Of a DNA stretch of 64,000 nucleotides, positions 45,318 to 53,891 are shown piece by piece. The translations under genes were made by a program, and so were the position numbers. This DNA comes from Elusimicrobiota bacterium. Its GTDB lineage: Bacteria; Elusimicrobiota; Elusimicrobia; FEN-1173. Position 1 is the stretch's first letter; every line of letters starts with the position of its first letter. The notes below the pieces were generated by a model that searched no databases, had not been told where the DNA came from, and saw nothing but the letters and a program-made list of their open reading frames with translations. The stretch spans positions 136,734 through 200,733 of the forward strand of contig JADKIY010000002.1 of assembly GCA_016722575.1 (NCBI GenBank). The letters are read 5' to 3'.

Positions 45318-45380
45318 CAAAAAGATTTACATCCCGTTCCTGACCTCAAAGTATTATCAACAGCGATCCAGGAGGCCCGT

Positions 45381-46862
45381 CATGGGCGTTAAAAAATCAA
45401 TTTCACGGACATGGTATATCTTTCTCGCGGCCCTGACGAGCGCCGCCATTGCCCACGCGGGGGTTCCCACCAAGATCACCTACCAAGGACGGGTTTTCAA
45501 ATCCGGCGTCGCCGTGACGGGATCCCACACGCTGAATTTAACCGTCGTTGACGCAAACAATACAGCCGACCGTCGAAGCATCGCGCCCATTAATGTTACC
45601 TTGCCCGCGAACGGGGAATTTAGCGTGACCTTTGATCTCCCCCGGATTCGAATGGGACACCAAAGACCCGCAATTGGAAGTGAAGTCGACGGTGATTTAT
45701 TGACCCCCTGGATGATTTCGGCGTCACCCCCTACAGCCTCTTGGCCTCCAGCGTGGCCGCCAACGGTGTTTCAACGCGCTCTTTGCAGGACGGCTCCGTG
45801 ACGAACGTCAAAGTTTCGACGGTGTCCGCCTCGAAAATCATTCTACCCGGCGGCTCCACCCCCATTTCCACCTGGCAATTGGGCGCCGGCAATTTCATCG
45901 ACGCTTCCAAAGTCGCCCTTCCCGGCAGCACCGCTACCGTCGCCTCCTGGCAATACGGCGCTACCGGCTTCATCGATGTCGCCAAAGTGACTGGCACCAT
46001 CCCCACGACTCCCGTGGCCCACGCCACCTCCCACGGACTGGTCGGCACAGACCCATTGAACGGTCTTTCCCCACTACAAATTTCAGGCTCTGCCGTGGTT
46101 TTGCGTTCCACATCGTCCCAAACCATTCAGCCCCAGGTCGGAAGTGATGTGGTTCCCTTAGTTATTAAACCCAACGCCAGCGTTCCTGCAGGGAGCATAA
46201 ACGCTCTTGAGGTATTTACGAATGCCTCGACCACGTCCGTGACAATTCGCGGGGATGGCTTAATGACGGTAAAGGGAACATTGACAGCCAACGGGCCAGT
46301 GAACGCCACCAACGGGCTGACAATTACCGGGAGCCTAAACGTCAGCACGATTGTGCCGAGCGGGAATTTGAATATTAGCGGGCGAGTTCGCGATAATTAC
46401 GGCTATCTCGTCCCCCCCGGAACGATTGTGGCTTTTGCCGGAACGACGGCGCCATCCGGTTGGCTATTATGCGATGGCTCCACAAAAGACAAGTCAATCC
46501 AGCCCGAGTTAAGTGAGTTAAAATTAGTCCTGGGGTCCACCTATGGGGCAGAAACTGCAAATACATTCGTTCTGCCAAATCTAAAAGGACGCGTTCCGAT
46601 GGGATCCGGAATTGGCGCCAGCGCGACCAATTGGACGATTGGAATAAGCACTGGATCGGAAACATACACGCTTTCGATAGCTCAAATCCCACCGCACCAT
46701 CATGGTGGAGTTGTTATTAGCCATACGACAGATGAATTTTCCGCCAATAATAGCCAAGCAATTAAAACAATAACCTACGGCAATACTCAGGATGAAGGCG
46801 GTGGTCAGCCCCATCCCATCATGCAACCCTCCTTGGTCGTAAATTACATAATTAAGTACTGA
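45381..46862 (+). CDS. Secreted phage tail-fibre-like protein with C-terminal tail-collar domain (PF07484-type), interrupted by an apparent -1 frameshift at a C5 tract (45704-45708); low-GC gene
   Basis: Frame 1 45381..45801 ('MGVKKSISRTWYIFLAALTSAAIAHA' signal peptide...). Frame 0 45696..46862 ('FIDPLDDFGVTPYSLLASSVAANG...GTIVAFAGTTAPSGWLLCDGS...LPNLKGRVPMGSG...' collar domain). One extra C in 'tgaCCCCCtgg' restores a single ~493-aa ORF. Confidence 0.65.
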
Positions 46863-46888
46863 TTTATTTTTTAAAAGGGCAATTCAAA

Positions 46889-47485
46889 ATGAAAAGGTTT
46901 CTTCCACTATTGCTTGCCGCAATCAATCTCATTTCCCCCCTCAAGGCCGCCGATCAATCCGTTCAGTCGACGATAAATCGGATGGCCAACGAGTTAACGG
47001 CCACTTACCGATCCAAATCACCCAACGCGAAGCGAGCGCGCCTGGCCATTCTGGACCTTCAAGCCAGCGAAGATTTAAACAAACAACGTATTGGACCGGC
47101 GCTCACAGACATGATCACCAACGAATTCGTCAACAAATCCGATTTCATCGTCCTTGAGCGTGAACTTTTCGGCAAAATCATGGAAGAACACCAACTCCTA
47201 GCCAACTTCGGCGACGTTTCAAACGCCATCAAGGTAGGAAAGGTTTTGGGGGCTGAGGTGGTCTTGCTTGGGAGTGTCACCCAATTCAAAAGCGACCTTC
47301 GAATCAACCTGCGCTTGGTAAACACCGAAACAACCGAAATACTTAGCACCACATCCGGCATGGTTTCATTAAGCGAATTTTCCAAAGAAAATCCAATTTT
47401 CCCAGGATTTGTCCCTATCACTCAAAAAATCGGCTTATTTGCGGTCTTTGAATATCGTTTCCTGGCAAAACGAACACACCAATAA
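46889..47485 (+). CDS. Periplasmic/lipoprotein-type protein with CsgG/TolB-N-like fold (secreted, 198 aa); low-GC gene
   Basis: Signal peptide 'MKRFLPLLLAAINLISPLKA'. 'RLAILDLQA...LTDMITNEFVNKSDFIVLEREL...ILEEHQL...GKVLGAEVVLLGSVTQF...LRINLRLVNTETTEIL' matches the CsgG/FlgO-like pattern. Confidence 0.6.
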   Translation: MKRFLPLLLAAINLISPLKAADQSVQSTINRMANELTATYRSKSPNAKRARLAILDLQASEDLNKQRIGPALTDMITNEFVNKSDFIVLERELFGKIMEEHQLLANFGDVSNAIKVGKVLGAEVVLLGSVTQFKSDLRINLRLVNTETTEILSTTSGMVSLSEFSKENPIFPGFVPITQKIGLFAVFEYRFLAKRTHQ

Positions 47486-48059
47486 TAACCTCAGAAGGTG
47501 CAAGAATTAATGAAATTAATGTTTCAAATTTCTCTTTAGGTTATACAGGCTTGGGGATTCGTTACTTCCCAACAAGGATTATTTTTATCGAAGGATCAGT
47601 CCTCCAAGTAAGCGGCAACAATAACACCAGCAAATCGTTCAATATTTCGGGAAATTCAGGGATAATTGGCAGTTTTCAGGCAAAGGGCAAAGCTTTACGG
47701 TTCAGATTTGGAACAAAAAGAAAACATACTGAAAATCTTTGTTTCCTCCTCTCTCGGCTTTTCGATTCAAAAACTTGACCTTGCGACTGGCGTGGTTCTG
47801 CGAATGGAATCCCAAACCTATCCAAAACAGTCCCTAATTTCAGCATTGGTGCAACCATGAATATTCAACAAAGACTCGCGATTGGCTTGCAAATTCGATG
47901 CGATCTAAGGAAACTTGATGTCCAAAGAAACAGGCTCAAATCAAAAAGTATATTCCCTCAACCCGTTAGTCATTTCCCCTCAACTCACGTTCTATTTCTA
48001 GTCTGAAACAATAATTGCCCGACAAATCCCTCACCCCCATCTTTCTATTCGCCGCGTTT

Positions 48060-51000
48060 ATGTTGGGCACGGCGCGGTTTGCGCCGCGGTGGGCTTTGCG
48101 GCGGCCGGCCCTGGTGGGGGTTCTTACGGCGGCGCTCGTTGTTTGGGGCATCGTTTCCATGCGGGGGCTCCCGGTGGAGCTCATGCCCAACGCGGCGTCG
48201 GACACCGTCACCGTCACGGTGGGCGTCCGGGGCGGCATGTCCCCCACGGACGTGGAAGCCCTCATCGTCCGCCCCCTCGAAGACGGGTTGGGGGACCTCC
48301 CCCGCCTTAAAACCCTGATCTCCAGCGCCAAAAAAGACCGGGGCGTGGTCACCCTCGATTTCCACCCCGGGGTCGACATGAAGCGCGTCACCGCCGAGGT
48401 GAACGAACGCGTGGACCGCGCCCTGGCCCGCCTGCCCGCCGAAATCGAAAAACCCGTTATCGCCCACTTTGAGGAAAACGACGCCCCCGTCTACATCGCC
48501 GCGGTCCTAAGCGACCGCCTCTCGCCCGAGAGCGTCCGCAAAATCATCGACGACAACATCAAAGACCACCTCCTTCGGACGCCCGGCGTGGCCAACGTGG
48601 AAATCGGCGGTGGGCGGGAAGGCAAGATCCTGGTGGAGCTCAACCGGGATCGCCTGGCCGCCTACGGCCTTTCCCCCCACCAAATCACCAGCCTCCTGGG
48701 CCGCCGGAACGTCGCCCTTCAAGTCGGAAGCGTCACCGGGGACGCCCGCGTGACCCCCGTGCGGCTCGTGGGCACCCTTAAAAACCTGGAGGATTTCCGA
48801 AAGGTCGTGGTGGCCCGGGACCCGTCGGGAGGCACCGTCCGGCTGGAAAACGTCGCCACCGTGACCGACAGCTACCTGGAACCGGAGAGCCTCTCCCGGT
48901 TGAACGGCCAGGCCGCCGTGTCGCTCTACGTTCAAAAAGAATCCTCCGCCAACACCCTGCGGGTCGTGCGTGACCTGGAAAAAGCCTGGGACAAAGCCTG
49001 GCGCAACCTGCCGGCCGGAACGCGGAAAGACCTTCGACACGTGGTCGTCTCCAACCAGGCCCTGGGGATATTGGCGGCGGTTGTTTCGGTTCGTGTGTCC
49101 CTGGCCTGCGGGATTCTGTTGATCCTCCTTTCCCTCTGCCTTGTTGAAAGCGAGCGCCTTTCCACCAAGCGCATGGCGGGCGTCGTCATGGGAATGCTAT
49201 TGGCGCTCATGTGCGTTACCGCCCTGCTTAAAATCAGCGACGCCCGCATGGAGCCCCTCTACTGGATACTTCTGGGGCTATTTCTCCTATTGGCTTTTTT
49301 CGACCCGGACATCCGGCCTGGGCTCATCGTGGCGGGCAGCATGCCCCTTTCGGCGCTTTTCTGCTTTCTGCTCTTCCAGGCCTGCGGGTTGACCCTGAAC
49401 GTCATGAGTCTCTTCGGCCTGGCCCTGGGGCTCGGCATGTTGGTGGACAACGCCACCGTGGTCTATGAACACATCAACGAACTCGGCCTCCCCCCGCCCG
49501 GCCCGGCCGCCCGGGAAGCGGCGCTCAAAGCCACGGAGGAAATGGTCATCCCCTTGATCGGCGGCACCGTCACCAACGCCATCGTTTTCGTTCCCTTTCT
49601 TTTTCTGTCCCGGGAAATCCAGTTGATGTACACCGACGTGGCGGCGGCCGTGGGGGCCTCCCTCTTCGCCTCCCTGGGAATTTCCTTAACGGCGGTTCCC
49701 CTACTGGCCTCGGGACTCATGCTTAAAGGCGCGCCGAAATGGCCGACGTTCCCGGGGCCATTCGAATCCCGGGCCAAAAAATGGGGCGAGGGCTTAAACA
49801 GGTTGGGGACGGTTTTGTGGGAGCGCGGTGCGGCCTTCTCAAAGCGCGCGATGGAGAGAGCCCGGGCCTTTTACGCCGCCCGACTTAAGCCCCGTTTCAA
49901 TTCACTGGCCGGGCACCATTCCCTGGCGGGTTTGCCGCCCTGGGCAGCGCTGGTTTTGTTTGTGGTGTTGTTTGCTGGGTTGTGGGCGCTCGGGGGCAAG
50001 ACGCCGGCCAAGATTTTCTTTCTGCTCACGGCCCTGGGGCTCACGGCGGCGGGCTTCGCGCTTTTCCGGGGTTTTGAGCGCCACTGGCCGCGCCTTTTTC
50101 ACCGTCGGGCGGAAACCCTGGCCGCGGCGCTCTTGCTGGCGGCGGCCGCCACGGCGGTGATTTTTAAGGCCACCGAACGGGACTTTCAAACCTCCGGGGA
50201 ATTGGACGAATTCGTCGTCTTTCTGGAACTCTCCTCGGGGGTCCGGCTGGAGGTGTCGAACGCGGTGGCGGCCGAGGTGGAAAAGATTTTGGACACGGAC
50301 CCGGAGGTGGCCCCCACCATCAAAACGGCCGTCAGCCGGGTGGAAGGTTGGTCCTCCAAAATTTACGTCACCCTCGTTCCCCGGGCCCAACGGCGATTGA
50401 GCGCCGAGCAGGTTCAGGACCTCCTTCGGGTGAAGCTCAAAGGCGTGGGGAGCGACAAGGACCCCAACGCCTTCGTCCACTTCTCCAGCCCCCGAACGGG
50501 GCAGGAAATCACCGTGGAAGTCCTGGGCCCCGACTACGGCGTCTTGGAACAGTTGGCCCAGCAAATTTGCGGCTCACTGGAAAAAATCCCCGGGCTTTCC
50601 GACGTTAAAATGCGCTACCGCCCCGGCCGGCCCGAGGTCTTGGCCGTGGTGGACCCCGACCGGGCGGCCCGGGCCGGCCTTTCCGCCGAGGCCGTGGCCG
50701 AAACCACCCACGCCCTGGTGCGGGGCCTTCGGGCCACCACCTTCCGCACGGGCGGCCGCCAGACGGAAACCATCGTCCGCCTCCGCCGGGAAGATTCCGA
50801 AAACCTGAACGCACTGGCGGACCTGCCCCTGGGCGGCCCCTCGGGCCGCACCCTGCGGCTGACGGAGGTGGCGGACCTCACCATGTCCAAGATGCCCAAC
50901 GAGATTTTCCGGGAAAACAAAGCCCGGCTCATTCAGATCACCGCCAACCGCACGCGCCTCTCCCTGGGCCGGGCCGCCGAGGAAATCCAGGCCGCCCTGG

Positions 51001-51617
51001 ACGCCATGAATTTCCCCCTGGACTACCACGCCGCCCTGGACCGGGAAGTGACGGACATGGCGCGGTCCATCAACCAACTGACAGCGGGCATCTTGGTCAT
51101 GATTTTTCTTGTGTACGTGGTGCTGGTGGTTCTCTTTGAATCCCTGGTGGAACCCTTCATCATCCTAAGCGCCGTCCCTCTCTGCCTGATCGGCGTGGCG
51201 GGCGGGTTGGTCTTTTTCGGCCTTCCTTTAAGCACCGGGGTGCTGGTGGGGGTCATCATGTTGGCCGGGGTGGTGGTCAATAACGCCATTATGCTTTTAG
51301 ACCATCTCAACAACTACACCGACCGGCACGAGCCCCTGGCCGACCGGCTAAAAAAGTCCGTTTTGGCCCGCATGCGGCCTATTTTCCTGACTGCGGGAAG
51401 CGCCGTTTTGGGTTTTCTACCCATGATGCTGGACACCTCCGAAAGCGGCGTTCTGTGGCGGCCATTGGCTGTGACGCTCGTTTTCGGGTTGATTTTCTCT
51501 ACTGTTTTGACACTTTACGTCACCCCCGCCTTGACCCACTTCCTATTAAGGGACATCCCCCAATGGCTGGCCAGACGACGGTTTCTAGCCAAAATAGCCC
51601 CCAACCCCGCCGCCTAG
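48060..51617 (+). CDS. RND-family efflux transporter permease (AcrB/HAE-type), 1,185 aa from ATG (track TTG start at 48015)
   Basis: 12-TM RND architecture with two large periplasmic loops, 'GLALGLGMLVDNATVV', 'AILVMIFLVYVVLVVLFES'. No adjacent membrane-fusion-protein or OMF gene. Confidence 0.85.
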   Translation: MLGTARFAPRWALRRPALVGVLTAALVVWGIVSMRGLPVELMPNAASDTVTVTVGVRGGMSPTDVEALIVRPLEDGLGDLPRLKTLISSAKKDRGVVTLDFHPGVDMKRVTAEVNERVDRALARLPAEIEKPVIAHFEENDAPVYIAAVLSDRLSPESVRKIIDDNIKDHLLRTPGVANVEIGGGREGKILVELNRDRLAAYGLSPHQITSLLGRRNVALQVGSVTGDARVTPVRLVGTLKNLEDFRKVVVARDPSGGTVRLENVATVTDSYLEPESLSRLNGQAAVSLYVQKESSANTLRVVRDLEKAWDKAWRNLPAGTRKDLRHVVVSNQALGILAAVVSVRVSLACGILLILLSLCLVESERLSTKRMAGVVMGMLLALMCVTALLKISDARMEPLYWILLGLFLLLAFFDPDIRPGLIVAGSMPLSALFCFLLFQACGLTLNVMSLFGLALGLGMLVDNATVVYEHINELGLPPPGPAAREAALKATEEMVIPLIGGTVTNAIVFVPFLFLSREIQLMYTDVAAAVGASLFASLGISLTAVPLLASGLMLKGAPKWPTFPGPFESRAKKWGEGLNRLGTVLWERGAAFSKRAMERARAFYAARLKPRFNSLAGHHSLAGLPPWAALVLFVVLFAGLWALGGKTPAKIFFLLTALGLTAAGFALFRGFERHWPRLFHRRAETLAAALLLAAAATAVIFKATERDFQTSGELDEFVVFLELSSGVRLEVSNAVAAEVEKILDTDPEVAPTIKTAVSRVEGWSSKIYVTLVPRAQRRLSAEQVQDLLRVKLKGVGSDKDPNAFVHFSSPRTGQEITVEVLGPDYGVLEQLAQQICGSLEKIPGLSDVKMRYRPGRPEVLAVVDPDRAARAGLSAEAVAETTHALVRGLRATTFRTGGRQTETIVRLRREDSENLNALADLPLGGPSGRTLRLTEVADLTMSKMPNEIFRENKARLIQITANRTRLSLGRAAEEIQAALDAMNFPLDYHAALDREVTDMARSINQLTAGILVMIFLVYVVLVVLFESLVEPFIILSAVPLCLIGVAGGLVFFGLPLSTGVLVGVIMLAGVVVNNAIMLLDHLNNYTDRHEPLADRLKKSVLARMRPIFLTAGSAVLGFLPMMLDTSESGVLWRPLAVTLVFGLIFSTVLTLYVTPALTHFLLRDIPQWLARRRFLAKIAPNPAA

Positions 51618-51688
51618 CCGTTTGTTACAACTGATTTACTTTTCGTTCATCACGTTTTTATCCTCTCCGTGATATACTCTGCGCTACC

Positions 51689-52285
51689 GTGAAACTCCGT
51701 CTCAAACTACTCTCCATCAGTATTTTAATTTCAGCCCCCCTCCGGGGCGAAATTCACGACCCGACCGGCTCCGGTCTGCGGGTGACGGACGTGGTGGGGT
51801 TCTCCGGTCAAATCATCTCAAGCACCACGAGCCTTCGATCCGCCTCCAGCATCGGCGTTCTTGGCTCCACCATTACTCTTCACGCCACCTCGGGACTCGA
51901 ACTGCGCACCGGACTTTGGGGCGGCGGGCCCTCGCTCAAATCGACTGCCCTCGAACAAACCATCATCTTTGGCGCGCCTCGAACCGCCCGCCTCGTGATC
52001 CCCCCGGGAGCCATCGCGCGGGACTACGCTGTCTTCACCGGCACCAGCCCCGCCACGGAGCCCTTGAACGCTTCCCCCGCTATTCTCCAAACCGCCACGC
52101 GCAATCTGGCGCGGGCCAGTTCCTACAGCAACCCGGCCAACGGCCGTTTGTGGGAAATCTACGTTCAAGACGATAACGGTATTAAGCAATCCGGCGCTCT
52201 CCTTCGCTCCGCAACGCTCACACTTCCCTTTGACGACGTCGACCAGGACGGGCACGTGGACGGCAGCGCGCCCCCGTTCGCGTGA
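51689..52285 (+). CDS. Secreted hypothetical protein (signal peptide); probably the N-terminal part of one ancestral gene with 52282..52734
   Basis: GTG start preceded by an extended -10 'gTGaTATACT'. 'MKLRLKLLSISILISAPLRGE'. Stop overlaps the next start (GTGA). Confidence 0.55.
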   Translation: MKLRLKLLSISILISAPLRGEIHDPTGSGLRVTDVVGFSGQIISSTTSLRSASSIGVLGSTITLHATSGLELRTGLWGGGPSLKSTALEQTIIFGAPRTARLVIPPGAIARDYAVFTGTSPATEPLNASPAILQTATRNLARASSYSNPANGRLWEIYVQDDNGIKQSGALLRSATLTLPFDDVDQDGHVDGSAPPFA

Positions 52286-52734
52286 AAACTCTTTCCATCT
52301 GGTGGCTAGACGAAGTCCATTCGCTGTGGGTCAAAGTCCCGAACCCGACGATCAACACTTCCAGCCAAACCGTCACGGCGCTCATTCCCCACTTTTCGGT
52401 CTACGCCGTCATGGGAGCGCCCTCCTTCGACCCCTCGGAATCCTTCGCCTTCCCCGTGCCCTGGCGGCCGGCGGGGCCCAACGCCGGAAGCGCGGCGGGC
52501 CAAACGGGCACCTTGGCGGGCGGCATCACCTTCACCAATTTGCCGGACGCCTGCACCATCCGCCTTTACACCCTATCGGGCGGGTTGATCCGGGAGATCA
52601 ACCACAGCGTGGGCCTCCAGGAAACCTGGGACGGCCGAAGCGCCGACGGCGAGAATGTCGCCAGCGGCACCTATGTCTGGGTCGTGTCCGCCAACGGCTC
52701 CAAGAAAACCGGCAAACTGGCGGTCATCCGATGA
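52282..52734 (+). CDS. Protein ending in a T9SS-type / FlgD-Ig-like C-terminal beta-sandwich sorting domain; lacks its own signal peptide
   Basis: C-terminus 'ITFTNLPDACTIRLYTLSGGLIREINHSVGLQETWDGRSADGENVASGTYVWVVSANGSKKTGKLAVIR' (Por_Secre_tail/FlgD_ig pattern). One extra C in the C5 tract 52271-52275 would fuse it in frame to 51689..52285. Confidence 0.6.
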   Translation: MKTLSIWWLDEVHSLWVKVPNPTINTSSQTVTALIPHFSVYAVMGAPSFDPSESFAFPVPWRPAGPNAGSAAGQTGTLAGGITFTNLPDACTIRLYTLSGGLIREINHSVGLQETWDGRSADGENVASGTYVWVVSANGSKKTGKLAVIR

Positions 52735-53891
52735 TCGGCCTTCGCCGATTTTCCGGCAAAATTCTTTTTGGAGGCGCGATCGCGTTTCTTGGCTCGACGG
52801 GTTGGGCTTCCGATGGAAGCACCGGGGCGGAATTTCTAAAGATCGGCGCCGGAGCGCGGCCCGCGGCCCTGGGCGACACCCAGGCGGCGCTGTCCGAAGG
52901 CGCCCTGGCGGCCCTCTGGAACCCCGCGGCCCTGGGCGGCCTTTCCTCGGCCGAAATCAGCCTCACCCACAACCGGTGGTTTGAAGGCATCCAGGACCAG
53001 CGCTTTGTGGCCGCCGTCCCGACCAAGTCGGTCGGCACCCTGGCCCTGGCCTACGAACGCCTGGCCATCAACGACTTTCTCTCCTTCGACGCCCAGGGCA
53101 CCAACACCGGGGCGGTCAACTCCGGCGACAGCGTGATTTCCCTGGCCTGGGGGCGAAACCTCGCCCAGGGCGCCACCGGCGGCAGCGGCCTCTACGCCGG
53201 ATTGGCCGCCAAAAGCATCAACGAAAAAATCGCGGGCGTCAGCGCCTCGGGCTTCGCCTTGGATTTTGGATTTCTGTTCCGCCCCTGGGGCCTCACCGCC
53301 CAACGCCTCCCCTGGGTTCGCCGCTCCAGCCTGGGCTTCTACGCGAAGAACCTGGGCCAGGGCCTCAAATTCGACGAGGAAAACGCCCCCCTTCCGACGG
53401 AATACGACCTGGGCGCGGGCTACAGCCAACCCCTGGGCGGCGACATTCTTAACCTCGGCCTCGATTACCACCTGGTGACCGGCGAAACCGCCGCCGTGAG
53501 CGCCGGCATGGAATATTGGATGAAAAACCTTCTGGCCCTCCGCCTGGGCTACCGGACTTCCGACGTGAACGGCCTGGGTTTCCGCGCCGGGGCGGGTTTC
53601 AAGGTCGGCAAAATCCAGGCCGACTACGCCTGGGCCGCCACCGGCGAAGATTTCGGGCCCTCCCACCGGATCACTCTCACCTACCGTTTTGGTCCCGCCG
53701 CCGTGGCCCCCGGCCTGGCCGCCGACCTGGTCGACGACTACATCGCCCGGGGCAAGCGCCACATGGAACTGGGTCTCTACGACCGCGCGATTTTGGAATT
53801 CAACGAAGCGCTCTCCATCCACCCCGGCGACGAATCGGTCCGGGCCCTGCTGATGGAATGCGGCGAGAAAATGGAGAAAGCGGCCCCGTGA
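52731..53891 (+). CDS. Outer-membrane beta-barrel protein of the PorV/PorQ (UPF0164, FadL-superfamily) type
   Basis: ATG overlapping the previous stop (ATGA). Signal peptide, N-terminal 'GAEFLKIGAGARPAALGDTQAALSEGALAALWNPAAL' signature, alternating beta-strand pattern, C-terminal aromatic 'LTYRF'. Confidence 0.65.
   Translation: MIGLRRFSGKILFGGAIAFLGSTGWASDGSTGAEFLKIGAGARPAALGDTQAALSEGALAALWNPAALGGLSSAEISLTHNRWFEGIQDQRFVAAVPTKSVGTLALAYERLAINDFLSFDAQGTNTGAVNSGDSVISLAWGRNLAQGATGGSGLYAGLAAKSINEKIAGVSASGFALDFGFLFRPWGLTAQRLPWVRRSSLGFYAKNLGQGLKFDEENAPLPTEYDLGAGYSQPLGGDILNLGLDYHLVTGETAAVSAGMEYWMKNLLALRLGYRTSDVNGLGFRAGAGFKVGKIQADYAWAATGEDFGPSHRITLTYRFGPAAVAPGLAADLVDDYIARGKRHMELGLYDRAILEFNEALSIHPGDESVRALLMECGEKMEKAAP

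Noticed and set aside
47551-47860. Small ORFs (75 aa, 64 aa) inside the AT-rich 47490-48010 stretch
   Set aside because: They overlap in different frames, have no RBS and no family resemblance. They are more likely chance ORFs or decayed remnants, and the region was left as non-coding.
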